A stretch of DNA of 64,000 bases from Kiritimatiellia bacterium (GTDB taxonomy: Bacteria > Verrucomicrobiota > Kiritimatiellia > RFP12 > DVOR01). The position numbers and the translations under genes were made by a program. Of this stretch, positions 41,975 through 50,547 are shown piece by piece. The notes beneath the pieces were generated by a model. It was not told the DNA's origin, searched no databases, and worked only from the letters and a program-made list of their open reading frames with translations. The DNA lies in contig JAVBLT010000021.1 in NCBI GenBank assembly GCA_031553315.1, forward strand, positions 1,082 to 65,081, written 5' to 3'. Within the stretch, counting starts at the first letter, position 1. Every line of letters begins with the position of its first letter.

Positions 41975-43594
41975 TTACCCCAAGGCGGCGCCTCCTGCGG
42001 CGAGGGCGGCGGCGTTGCTGGTCATTTGCTGGGCGCCGGGGCGGGGGGATTCGCCGAGCAGGCCGTTGACCGCGTTGAGGTAGGCGCGGATGGAGGCTTC
42101 GATCACGTCGGTCGCCACGCCGCGGCCGGCCTGGATCTTTCCGCCGCGGCGCACGCGGACGTTGGCCTCGCCCTGCGCGTCGGCATCGCCGGTCACGGCG
42201 GAGAGGGAGAAGTTTTCCAGGGTGATTTCACCGGGGGCGATGCCGAGGATGGCGTTGATGGCGCGGAAGGAAGCGTCGATGGGGCCGCTTTCGCTGATGG
42301 CGGCCTGCTCGGAGGCTTTGCCGTCGACCTTCAGGCGGATGGTGGCGGTGTGGGTGAGCGTGTTGCCGGTGGTCACGATGAAGCGGTCGAAGGCGGCGCG
42401 CAGCGCGTCGGGGCGCGATTCGAGACCGCGCGCGAGCGCTTCGATGTCGGGATCGGAGACGGTCTTCTTCTTATCGGCCAGCTCCTTGAAACGCTTGAAG
42501 AGCTCGGCGATTTTTTCGGCGTTGAGCTCGAAGCCCAAATCTTTGAGGCGCGCTTCGAGGGCGTGTTTGCCGGAGTGTTTGCCCAGGACGAGTGCATTCT
42601 GGCTCAGGCCGATGGAGGCGGGGTTCATGATTTCGTAGGTTTGGGCGTTGGCCATCACGCCGTGCTGGTGAATGCCCGATTCGTGGGCGAAGGCGTTGGC
42701 GCCGACGATGGCTTTGTTGGCCTGCACGGGGCTGCCGGTCACGGCGATCACGCAGCGGCTGGCGGCGTGGATTTTGGTGGTGTCGATGGCGGAGTCGGCG
42801 TCGAAATAATCCGCGCGGGTTTTGAGCGCCATGACGATCTCTTCGAGGGCGGCGTTGCCCGCGCGCTCGCCGATGCCGTTGACGGTGCATTCGGCCTGCG
42901 CGGCGCCGGCGGCGATGGCGGCGAGGGTGTTGGCCACGGCCATGCCCAGGTCGTTGTGGCAATGCACGGCGAGGGTCGCCTCGCCGATGTTGGGCACATG
43001 GGCGATCACGCCGCGGATTTTTTCACCGAATTCCTGGGGAATCATGTAGCCCACGGTATCGGGGAGGTTCACGATTGTCGCGCCGGCGCGGATCACGCCT
43101 TCAATCACGCGCCAGGCGAATTCGGGCTCGGATCGGGTGAAGTCCTCGAGTGAGAACTGCACTTCGGGGCAGAGGTTGCGGGCGTATTTCACGATGGAAA
43201 CGGCTTGTTCGCAGACCTGCTCCGGCGTCATGCGCAGCTTGTATTGCATGTGCACGGGCGAGGTGGCCAGAAAGGTGTGGATGCGGGGGCGGGCCGCGCC
43301 GCGCACGGCGGCCCAGGCCTGGTCGATATCGCCCTTGAGGGCGCGGGAGAGGCTGGCGACGGTGCAGGTTTTGACCTGATCGGCGATGGCTTTGACCGAT
43401 TCGAAATCGCCGGGGGAGGCGATGGCGAAACCGGCTTCGATCACGTCGACCTTCATGGCTTCGAGGTGCGACGCCACGAGCAATTTGTCGCGCAGGGTCA
43501 TGCTGCAGCCGGGCGACTGTTCGCCGTCGCGCAATGTGGTGTCGAAGATGGCGATGCGGCGTTTCCGGGCGTGGGCGTGGGGCTGGGTGTTCAT
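41975..43594 (-). CDS. leuA: 2-isopropylmalate synthase
   Basis: 539 aa. [24 protein letters not shown], and a C-terminal LeuA regulatory domain. Confidence 0.92.
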   Translation of the reverse strand: MNTQPHAHARKRRIAIFDTTLRDGEQSPGCSMTLRDKLLVASHLEAMKVDVIEAGFAIASPGDFESVKAIADQVKTCTVASLSRALKGDIDQAWAAVRGAARPRIHTFLATSPVHMQYKLRMTPEQVCEQAVSIVKYARNLCPEVQFSLEDFTRSEPEFAWRVIEGVIRAGATIVNLPDTVGYMIPQEFGEKIRGVIAHVPNIGEATLAVHCHNDLGMAVANTLAAIAAGAAQAECTVNGIGERAGNAALEEIVMALKTRADYFDADSAIDTTKIHAASRCVIAVTGSPVQANKAIVGANAFAHESGIHQHGVMANAQTYEIMNPASIGLSQNALVLGKHSGKHALEARLKDLGFELNAEKIAELFKRFKELADKKKTVSDPDIEALARGLESRPDALRAAFDRFIVTTGNTLTHTATIRLKVDGKASEQAAISESGPIDASFRAINAILGIAPGEITLENFSLSAVTGDADAQGEANVRVRRGGKIQAGRGVATDVIEASIRAYLNAVNGLLGESPRPGAQQMTSNAAALAAGGAALG

Positions 43595-43810
43595 GGTGTC
43601 TTTTTCCTTCTTCTCCCGCGGCGGTTCCGATGCGCGGGGGGATTGCCGGAAAAACAGAAAACCCCCGTGCGCTTGATCCGGAACCGGAGCGCTGACGGAG
43701 GCTGTTTATTCAGAGAAATCTCAACGACAAAGCCTGATCAAGCATTCCGATTCGGAACGCCGGTTAGTAGGCTATGGGCAAAAATGGCTTTTGTCGCTCT
43801 CATTGCCCTC

Positions 43811-43839
43811 ACTCTAGCAAAACCCTTTGCGGATGTCAA
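43811..43839 (-). promoter_or_regulatory. Sigma70-type promoter for leuA (TTGACA -17- TAGAGT), followed by a ~210-nt leader
   Basis: On the minus strand TTGACA is at 43839..43834 and TAGAGT at 43816..43811, with an exact 17-nt spacer. Confidence 0.45.
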
Positions 43840-43873
43840 GCCGGGCGGGGCGTTTTTTATTTTGCGGAGGCGT

Positions 43874-43908
43874 GAAAAAGCCCGCCGGGTGAGCGGCGGG
43901 CTTTTTGG
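43874..43908. terminator. Bidirectional rho-independent terminator (pckG end)
   Basis: gaaaaagcccgccg-ggtgag-cggcgggcttttt: an 11-bp GC-rich stem with a 6-nt loop, an A-run before it and a T-run after it. Confidence 0.7.
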
Positions 43909-43915
43909 GGAGGCC

Positions 43916-45754
43916 TTACTTGAGGTTGGCTTTGATTTCAGCCAGCTTGTCGAGCAGGGCCTTGGGCACGCGGGCGCCGAACTTTTCCCAGGAGGCGCCC
44001 ACGCCGTCGAGCTCTTTCTTCCAGCCTTCGGCGTCGACGACGAGGAGCTCGTGCATGGTCTCGGGGGAGACGTCGCAACCGGTCAGGTCGATGGCGTCGT
44101 CGGTCGGCATGATGCCGATGGCGGTTTCCTTGCTCTTGGCGGTGCCTTCGATGCGCTCGCAGACCCACTTGAGCACGCGGCTGTTGTCGCCGAAGCCGGG
44201 CCACATGAAGCCTTTGTCGTTCTTGCGGAACCAGTTGACGAAGAAGACTTTGGGGAGCTTGTCGGCGGTGGTTTTGGCGCCCATGTCGAGCCAGTGGGCG
44301 AAGTAGTCGGCCATGTTGTAGCCGCAGAAGGGCAGCATGGCGAAGGGATCGCGGCGGACCTGGCCGATCTGGTCGGAGATCACGGCGGCGGTCACTTCGG
44401 AGCCGGCGGCGGAACCCATGAACACGCCGTGCGTCCAGTCCTTGGCCTGGTTGACGAGGGGGATGGTGCTGGGGCGGCGGCCGCCGAAGAGGATCGCGTC
44501 GACCGGCACGCCGGCGGGATCTTCCCATTCGGAGGCGATCACGGGGCACTGAGAGGCGGGGGCGGTGAAGCGGGCGTTGGGGTGGGCGGCCTTGACCTTC
44601 TTGCCGTCGGCGTCAACCATGGAGGGATTCCAATCCTTGCCCTTCCAGTCGATGGCGTGGGCGGGGGCGGGGATGCCCATGTCTTCCCACCACACGTCGC
44701 CGTCGTCGGTGAGGGCCACGTTGGTGAAGATGGTGTTCTTCTCGCAGGCGGCGAGGGCGTTGGGGTTGGAATCCTTGGAGGTGCCGGGGGCCACGCCGAA
44801 GAAGCCGTATTCGGGGTTTACGGCGTAGAAGCGGCCGTCATCGCCCACGCGGATCCAGGCGATATCGTCGCCGAGGGTTTCGACCTTCCAGTTGGGGAGG
44901 GTGGGCAGCATCATGGCGAGGTTGGTTTTGCCGCAGGCGCTGGGGAAGGCGGCGGTCACGTAGTAGGATTTCTTCGCGGGCGAGGTCAGCTTGAGGATGA
45001 GCATGTGCTCGGCCATCCAGCCTTCTCTCTTGGCCTGCACGGAGGCGATGCGAAGGGCGAAGCACTTTTTGCCGAGGAGGGCGTTTCCGCCGTAGCCGGA
45101 GCCGAAGGACCAGATTTCCTCGGTGTCGGTGAAATGACAGATGTATTTCTTGTCCATCGGGGCGCAGGGCCAGGTGGAATCTTTCTGGCCGGGCTCGAGG
45201 GGCGCGCCCACGGAGTGGAGGCAGGGCACGAACTTGCCGTCGGCGCCGAGCACGTCGAGCACCTGCTGGCCCATGCGGGTCATGATGCGCATGTTGACGA
45301 CCACATAGGGGGAATCGGTGATCTCAATGCCGATTTTGCCGACGGCTGAACCGAGCGGGCCCATCGAGAAGGGACTCACATACATCGTGCGGCCCTTCAT
45401 GCAGCCGGCATAGAGGCCGGTCATGAGCTTCTTCATTTCGGCGGGGTCGGCCCAGTTGTTGGTGGGGCCGGCTTCTTCCTTGGTCTTGGAGCAGATGTAG
45501 GTGCGGTCTTCCACGCGAGCCACGTCGGAAGCGTCGGAGCGGGCGAGGAAGCAGCCGGGGCGTTTTTTCTGGTTGAGGCGGGTGAACACGCCGTTCTGAA
45601 CCATCATTTCGCAGAGATCGTCATACTCTTTTTGGGAGCCGTCGCACCAGACCACGTTGGCGGGGGTGGTGAGCTTGGCGATTTCTTCGACCCAAGCGAT
45701 GAGTTTCTTGTTCTGGGTGGGGCATTTGCAATCACAGCAGCAACTCATGGGCAT
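43916..45754 (-). CDS. pckG: Phosphoenolpyruvate carboxykinase (GTP)
   Basis: 612 aa from ATG 45754 (MPMSCCCD...). GGAG lies 5 nt upstream. SACGKTN (P-loop) and typical GTP-PEPCK blocks. Confidence 0.92.
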   Translation of the reverse strand: MPMSCCCDCKCPTQNKKLIAWVEEIAKLTTPANVVWCDGSQKEYDDLCEMMVQNGVFTRLNQKKRPGCFLARSDASDVARVEDRTYICSKTKEEAGPTNNWADPAEMKKLMTGLYAGCMKGRTMYVSPFSMGPLGSAVGKIGIEITDSPYVVVNMRIMTRMGQQVLDVLGADGKFVPCLHSVGAPLEPGQKDSTWPCAPMDKKYICHFTDTEEIWSFGSGYGGNALLGKKCFALRIASVQAKREGWMAEHMLILKLTSPAKKSYYVTAAFPSACGKTNLAMMLPTLPNWKVETLGDDIAWIRVGDDGRFYAVNPEYGFFGVAPGTSKDSNPNALAACEKNTIFTNVALTDDGDVWWEDMGIPAPAHAIDWKGKDWNPSMVDADGKKVKAAHPNARFTAPASQCPVIASEWEDPAGVPVDAILFGGRRPSTIPLVNQAKDWTHGVFMGSAAGSEVTAAVISDQIGQVRRDPFAMLPFCGYNMADYFAHWLDMGAKTTADKLPKVFFVNWFRKNDKGFMWPGFGDNSRVLKWVCERIEGTAKSKETAIGIMPTDDAIDLTGCDVSPETMHELLVVDAEGWKKELDGVGASWEKFGARVPKALLDKLAEIKANLK

Positions 45755-45862
45755 TTCTCCGTTCTGATAGAAAACCGGCTGACTCCGGCGGTTAAAAAAT
45801 TGGGCATAAGTATACCGATTGCGGCGGGGGGCGTCAATCAAGGATTCCCCGCGGGGCTATTT

Positions 45863-46354
45863 TTACGTTTTTCGGGCTCGGGCGGTCGATTCCCAAAACG
45901 GTATACCCATCATCAATGGCAGCAAAAAGGCCCACGTCACCATTTGGCTGACCGGAGGAGGCAATGCAAGGGGAAGAGAAACAACCATCATGATTAAACC
46001 GCTGAAAACAAACGCACCGGCATTCTTTTTGCAAAGATATCTTCGCACCCCTCCGACAATTATCAATGTAAGGCCAGTGAGGCTTCCGGCGAGGATACCC
46101 CAGAAAAGGTATTTTCCGGATTCAACGTGTAACGGCGATGGGCGCAGGCATTCAGCCGGGCAAAGCGCGGCCAACGCCAAAAGCCCCAACGATGCCCCCG
46201 CCAGCGTTACTCCGGCGAAGAAGCGCCAGACAAGGGGCTTTTTTTCCGGGTGGCGCGAACCCCACCAAGCGCACAATCCTGCAAAAATCCAGGCCAATAT
46301 CCCGTAAACGCCTCCAAGCAGGCCACCTGTGATTTCAAACGTCTCCACTGTCAT
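45863..46354 (-). CDS. Hypothetical 4-TM membrane protein (third gene of the low-GC module)
   Basis: 163 aa with four hydrophobic helices. Lies 7 nt downstream of the 46362 gene. Confidence 0.5.
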   Translation of the reverse strand: MTVETFEITGGLLGGVYGILAWIFAGLCAWWGSRHPEKKPLVWRFFAGVTLAGASLGLLALAALCPAECLRPSPLHVESGKYLFWGILAGSLTGLTLIIVGGVRRYLCKKNAGAFVFSGLIMMVVSLPLALPPPVSQMVTWAFLLPLMMGIPFWESTARARKT

Positions 46355-46361
46355 AACGCAC

Positions 46362-46955
46362 TCAAAAAGTAGAGTCTTTCAAAAGGCTTCCGATTTCAAG
46401 AGGCCGAAAATAACCGAGGATGCACGCCGGATTACGCACGGCAATCTGAATATGGGTTTTAGTCAGCAAACAGGAACCGGAATAAATCGGGTCTCCTTCT
46501 GGGAAAACCCCGCGAACGGTATCGAAAGTAATTTTGCTTTCCATTTCCGAAAAGACAAGAGCCTGATTGATGACCACGCAATCCAACTGATTGCGTCCAT
46601 TTTTATTCACGGGCAGTTTCACCCCCGTTAATTCTTCAGCGTCTTTGATATGGTCGTAAGTTCGTTGGAGCAACAACTGATGCGCGGTGTCAGTCAAATT
46701 TAGGCAACACCCCAAATTGATGATAGCGCCGACAACATAGGGATTGCGTTTGGCCGATTTTGATGATTTTGCCCATTGCATCGCACGCGCAGGAGCGCCT
46801 TCCCAAAAATAAATGCCATGCCCCAACCAATCGTGACTGTTCGCACTGGCGCGCAACGGTTCTTTGCCGGAAAAGACCTTTTCGGCCGTTTCTTTCGAAC
46901 ACCCGTGAAAACCCAAAATGAATTGAGGGGAGGGGCAATGCATGGTGATGCTCAA
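46362..46955 (-). CDS. Hypothetical protein, DUF3990-like (putative toxin/effector component)
   Basis: 197 aa in a distinctly AT-rich stretch. FHGCS...WLGHGIYFWE...AMQWA resembles the DUF3990 consensus (yHGS...DFGkGFY.T...A..WA). Confidence 0.55.
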   Translation of the reverse strand: MSITMHCPSPQFILGFHGCSKETAEKVFSGKEPLRASANSHDWLGHGIYFWEGAPARAMQWAKSSKSAKRNPYVVGAIINLGCCLNLTDTAHQLLLQRTYDHIKDAEELTGVKLPVNKNGRNQLDCVVINQALVFSEMESKITFDTVRGVFPEGDPIYSGSCLLTKTHIQIAVRNPACILGYFRPLEIGSLLKDSTF

Positions 46956-47122
46956 AATTCAAGCTTCTTCGGCACAACGCCAATGACTTTACCGTTGCGG
47001 AAACGGACTCCGCTTTCACGCAAAAATTTGAGCGCCCCCTCTTTTGTTTTTAGTTTTTCAGCGGTGATGCGTTCGAAATTCTCGGCGGTAAACGCCACGG
47101 GTTCTTTTTTTGCTTTGGCCAT
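46952..47122 (-). CDS. Small basic protein (56 aa), putative antitoxin/partner of the DUF3990-like gene
   Basis: ATG at 47122 with an AGGAGG SD 7 nt upstream. Its stop overlaps the downstream gene start by 4 nt. Confidence 0.5.
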   Translation of the reverse strand: MAKAKKEPVAFTAENFERITAEKLKTKEGALKFLRESGVRFRNGKVIGVVPKKLEF

Positions 47123-47185
47123 AAGAGACCTCCTTTGCTTTACGCAAGAACAATGTAACACAATCGGTTGTTTTAGGCAAGCCCC

Positions 47186-47986
47186 CTACTCCGCCAGTTC
47201 GCGGCTGCGGGCGGCGGCGGCGGCGATGGCGGCGCGGAGGCCTTCGGCGGCGGGTTCGATGGTGCGCATGCCCGCTTCGGTGGTGCCGCCGGGGGAGCAG
47301 ACGGCGTTGATGAAATCGGCCGGCGGTTGTTCGGTTTCGGTGAGGTAGGTCGCGGCGCCGAGCATGGTCTGAAGGGCGAAGGCTTCGGAGACGCCGGGGG
47401 GAAGCCCCGCCGATTCGGCGGCCTGGGCGAAGGTCTGGAGCACCCAGGCGAAGAAGGCGGGGCCGGATCCGCTGAGGGCGGTGACGGCGTCGAACTCGGT
47501 TTCGGGAATTTCCGAAACGGCGCCGGAGGAGCCGAAGATGGCTTCCACGAGGTCGCAGTCTTCCTCGGTGGCGGTGCAGCCGGGGGTGTAGGCGGTCATG
47601 CCTTCGCCCACGGCGACGGGCAGATTGGGCATCACGCGCACAAGGCGGGGATCGGGGCCGGCGTGGCAACGGAGGGTGTGGAGGGTTTTTCCGGCGGCGA
47701 TGGAGATGAGGAGGTGGTCGGGGGTGAGGGTGGCGCTGAGGGAACCGAGCAGCGGATCGAGATCCTGGGGTTTCACGGCGAGGATGATCACGCGGCTGGC
47801 GGCGGCGGCCATGCGGGGGTCGGCGGTGGCGGCGACCTGGTATTTGGCCTGGAGCTCCTGAAGGCGGCTCTCCACGCGGTCGCACAGGAGCACGGCTTCG
47901 GGCGCGGCCACTTTTTCGCGGAGCATGCCGGCGAGGATGGCTTCGGCCATTTTGCCCGCGCCGATGAAGCAGAAGGGGGTTTCCAT
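47186..47986 (-). CDS. proC: Pyrroline-5-carboxylate reductase
   Basis: 266 aa. FIGAGKMAEAI (Rossmann fold), SPGGTT and a C-terminal dimerisation domain. Confidence 0.88.
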   Translation of the reverse strand: METPFCFIGAGKMAEAILAGMLREKVAAPEAVLLCDRVESRLQELQAKYQVAATADPRMAAAASRVIILAVKPQDLDPLLGSLSATLTPDHLLISIAAGKTLHTLRCHAGPDPRLVRVMPNLPVAVGEGMTAYTPGCTATEEDCDLVEAIFGSSGAVSEIPETEFDAVTALSGSGPAFFAWVLQTFAQAAESAGLPPGVSEAFALQTMLGAATYLTETEQPPADFINAVCSPGGTTEAGMRTIEPAAEGLRAAIAAAAARSRELAE

Positions 47987-47995
47987 GGGGGCTCC

Positions 47996-48430
47996 TTAGT
48001 AGCCGCGCTTTTGGAGCTCGCGGGAGAGGTGCTGCTGGAAGGTTTTGAGGTCTTCGGGGGTGGGTTTGTAGCCGGGGAGGTCGGGCTCAAGGCCGAAACG
48101 CTGGTATTCATCGAAAAACCAGCGGGCTTTGTTGCCGTCGGAAAAGACCACAGTCCCGCTGACGATGGCGCCGGGGATGACGATGGCGTCGACCGAGACG
48201 CTGACGCCTTCGGCGGGAGCCTCGGGCGCGGCGGGGGCGGCGGCGGGATCCTGTTTGGGCTTTTCTTTTTCTTTGACGGTGGCGCCCAGCTCCATCACGA
48301 GCAGGCGCACGTCGAGATAGGTCATGGCGAGGCCGAAGTGTTCGCGGATGGCTTTCTGGAGATCGGAAAGGGATTGGCCGGCCTGGAGCCAGCGGCGGAT
48401 TTCTTCATTCTGCTCGGGGGTGGTCTGCAT
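47996..48430 (-). CDS. Hypothetical protein
   Basis: 144 aa, tightly packed between mscS and proC. Has a central Pro/Ala-rich linker. Confidence 0.5.
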   Translation of the reverse strand: MQTTPEQNEEIRRWLQAGQSLSDLQKAIREHFGLAMTYLDVRLLVMELGATVKEKEKPKQDPAAAPAAPEAPAEGVSVSVDAIVIPGAIVSGTVVFSDGNKARWFFDEYQRFGLEPDLPGYKPTPEDLKTFQQHLSRELQKRGY

Positions 48431-48446
48431 GGGCGCCTCCTAAAAT

Positions 48447-49355
48447 TTACGGTTTCCGGATACAGACATCCATCTGCGGGAAGGGGATCTGGATGCCTTC
48501 CTTGTCCATGAGCTGTTTCATTTCGCGGGTCAGCTCGAAGAAGGCGGTCCAGTAATCGGCGTTTTTAACCCAGGGGCGCACGGCGAAGACGACCGCCGAG
48601 GCGCCCAGCTCGAGCACTTCGATGGCGGCGCCGGGGTTTTTCTCCACGTAGCTCTTGGAATCGACCAGGGCGGTGAGAATCTGCCGCACGCGATCCAGGT
48701 CGCTGCCGTAGGCCACGGAAAGGCGCATGTCGACCCGGCGCAGGGCCTGGGTGCTGTAGTTGACGATGGGCGAGCCCCAGACGACTTTGTTGGGGATGAC
48801 GATTTGTTTGTTGTCCGGCGTGGTGAGGGTGGTGGCCATCATGTTGAGCTCGCGGATGGCGCCTGCGTTGCCGGCGAGCTCCACGTAATCGCCGATTTTG
48901 AAGGGCTGGTTGATGGCGATCATGAGGCCGGAGGCGAGGTTGCCGAGGGATTCCTGGAAGGCGAAGCCGAGGATGAAACCGGTGACGCCCAGGCCGGCGA
49001 TGAGGGGGGTGATGTCGACCCCGATTTTGCGCAGGATGATCATGGCGAGCACCGTCCAAAGCACTTTGGTCATTGTTGAAAGAAGAAAGGTGCTGAGCAG
49101 GGGGTTGAGCTTGCCGGTGCGGGTGAGGGCGCTTTCGGCCATTTTCCGGAGGATTCTGATCAAGGAGTAGCCGATGAGGAGAATGACGGCGGCGGCGATG
49201 AGGTTGACGGTGAAGGTGAGGCCGTTGGCGATGAGCCAGTGTTTGATGCCCAGAAACATCGAGGAGACCTCTTCGGTCTGGGTGGAGACGATTCGAGTGA
49301 CGCTTTCGGTGATAGGCACGCTGACTTCTACGGTTTCGTTGGTCATGTATGGCAT
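48447..49355 (-). CDS. mscS: Small-conductance mechanosensitive channel (MscS family)
   Basis: 302 aa. Three TM helices, then the MscS beta-domain. Confidence 0.85.
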   Translation of the reverse strand: MPYMTNETVEVSVPITESVTRIVSTQTEEVSSMFLGIKHWLIANGLTFTVNLIAAAVILLIGYSLIRILRKMAESALTRTGKLNPLLSTFLLSTMTKVLWTVLAMIILRKIGVDITPLIAGLGVTGFILGFAFQESLGNLASGLMIAINQPFKIGDYVELAGNAGAIRELNMMATTLTTPDNKQIVIPNKVVWGSPIVNYSTQALRRVDMRLSVAYGSDLDRVRQILTALVDSKSYVEKNPGAAIEVLELGASAVVFAVRPWVKNADYWTAFFELTREMKQLMDKEGIQIPFPQMDVCIRKP

Positions 49356-49496
49356 CCTGATTTGATGGGTTAAAATTGGGTTCCATTCTAACCGATGCCC
49401 GCGAAATTGTCCACAGGAGATGATTTTCGCTTCGCTTTACCGCGGGGCGGGTTTGGGTTCACGCTTTTTTATCCACAGGCCTTCGCTGTTTTTTAA

Positions 49497-49773
49497 CCGC
49501 AGATTACGCAGATTTACGCGGAAAAGGATTGTTTAGAGCAATTTTCAAATGAGAATTCCTGATTTTATGAAAGCGATTTTTCTTTTTGACGAATCCTTGA
49601 ACGCGAGCCGTAGCAACGCTACGGCGATCTGAGAGGGTGATGTTCAAAAACAAAAAGCACCGAGAAAAAGCGGAAAGATCAATCGAAATATGCTCTACTT
49701 TCTGAATTCATAATGATCTTCTGAAAAAATCAGTCAGACGGTGCTTATCTGCGTGAATCTGCGTAATCTGCGG
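49497..49773. mobile_element. MITE-like element: a ~161-bp repeat-family unit flanked by ~25-bp imperfect terminal inverted repeats
   Basis: Left IR ccgcagattacgcagatttacgcgg (49497..49521). Right IR ctgcgtgaatctgcgtaatctgcgg (49749..49773), whose reverse complement is ccgcagattacgcagattcacgcag (23/25 match). The internal 49531..49697 matches the gyrB-upstream repeat, including the gccgtagc-aac-gctacggc hairpin. Confidence 0.5.
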
Positions 49774-49787
49774 TAAAAAAATTCGAA

Positions 49788-50546
49788 TCAGTAGGGAATT
49801 TCGAAATCGATGTGTTCCACGGGGATGGCGAATGTGGCGGCGATGTGGTCTCCGAGGGCCCGCACGCCGAAGCGTTCGGTGGCGTAGTGGCCGGCGAAGA
49901 GGGTGGTCACGCCGAGCTGCTGGGCGAGGTTGTAGCCCTGAAGGCTGGGTTCGCCGGTGAGGTAGAGGTCGAGGTTTTCGGCGGCGGCTTCGGCCACGCC
50001 GGTGGAGGCGCCGCCCGAGACGATGCCGATGGTGCGGATCTCGCGCCGCCCGAAGGGGTGCACGCGCAGGCCGGGGTTGACTTTCTCGCAGAGGAGGGCG
50101 ACGAGGTTTTCCAGGGGGAGGGGCTCGGGGAGGGTGCCTTTGAAGCCGATGGTCATGCCGTGGTAGCGGTAGAAGGGGGTGATGCCTTGGAGGCCGAGGA
50201 GGGCGGCGAGGCGGGCGTTGTTGCCGAGGGCGGGGTGGGCGTCGAGAGGGAGGTGGGCGGAGTAGAGGGCGATGTTGCGCAGGAGGGCGGATTTGAGGAG
50301 GCGGTAGTTGAGGCCGGTGATGTGTTTGAGGGAATCGCGCCAGCTGAGGCCGTGGTGGGTGATCGCGAGGTCGGCGCCGCGGGCGGCGGCTTCTTCGAGG
50401 AAGGGGAGGGAGGCGTCGACGCCGGTGCAGATTTTGGCGACGTGGCCGTTGTTTTCGATCTGGAGGCCGTTGTTGGAGTCGTCGGCGGGGAAGGCGGGGA
50501 GGTTGAGGGTGGAATCGAGGAAGGCGGCGAGTTGGTGGAGGTTCAT
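49788..50546 (-). CDS. Nif3-family dinuclear metal centre protein (YqfO/YbgI-like)
   Basis: 252 aa. HHG, conserved His/Glu ligands and typical Nif3 blocks. Its start overlaps the TPR gene stop. Confidence 0.85.
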   Translation of the reverse strand: MNLHQLAAFLDSTLNLPAFPADDSNNGLQIENNGHVAKICTGVDASLPFLEEAAARGADLAITHHGLSWRDSLKHITGLNYRLLKSALLRNIALYSAHLPLDAHPALGNNARLAALLGLQGITPFYRYHGMTIGFKGTLPEPLPLENLVALLCEKVNPGLRVHPFGRREIRTIGIVSGGASTGVAEAAAENLDLYLTGEPSLQGYNLAQQLGVTTLFAGHYATERFGVRALGDHIAATFAIPVEHIDFEIPY

Positions 50547-50547
50547 G

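Noticed and set aside
39580-43153. Series of 370-400-aa plus-strand ORFs over the kinase and leuA genes
   Set aside because: Antisense G/A/V/E-rich translations. The minus-strand genes carry specific catalytic motifs.
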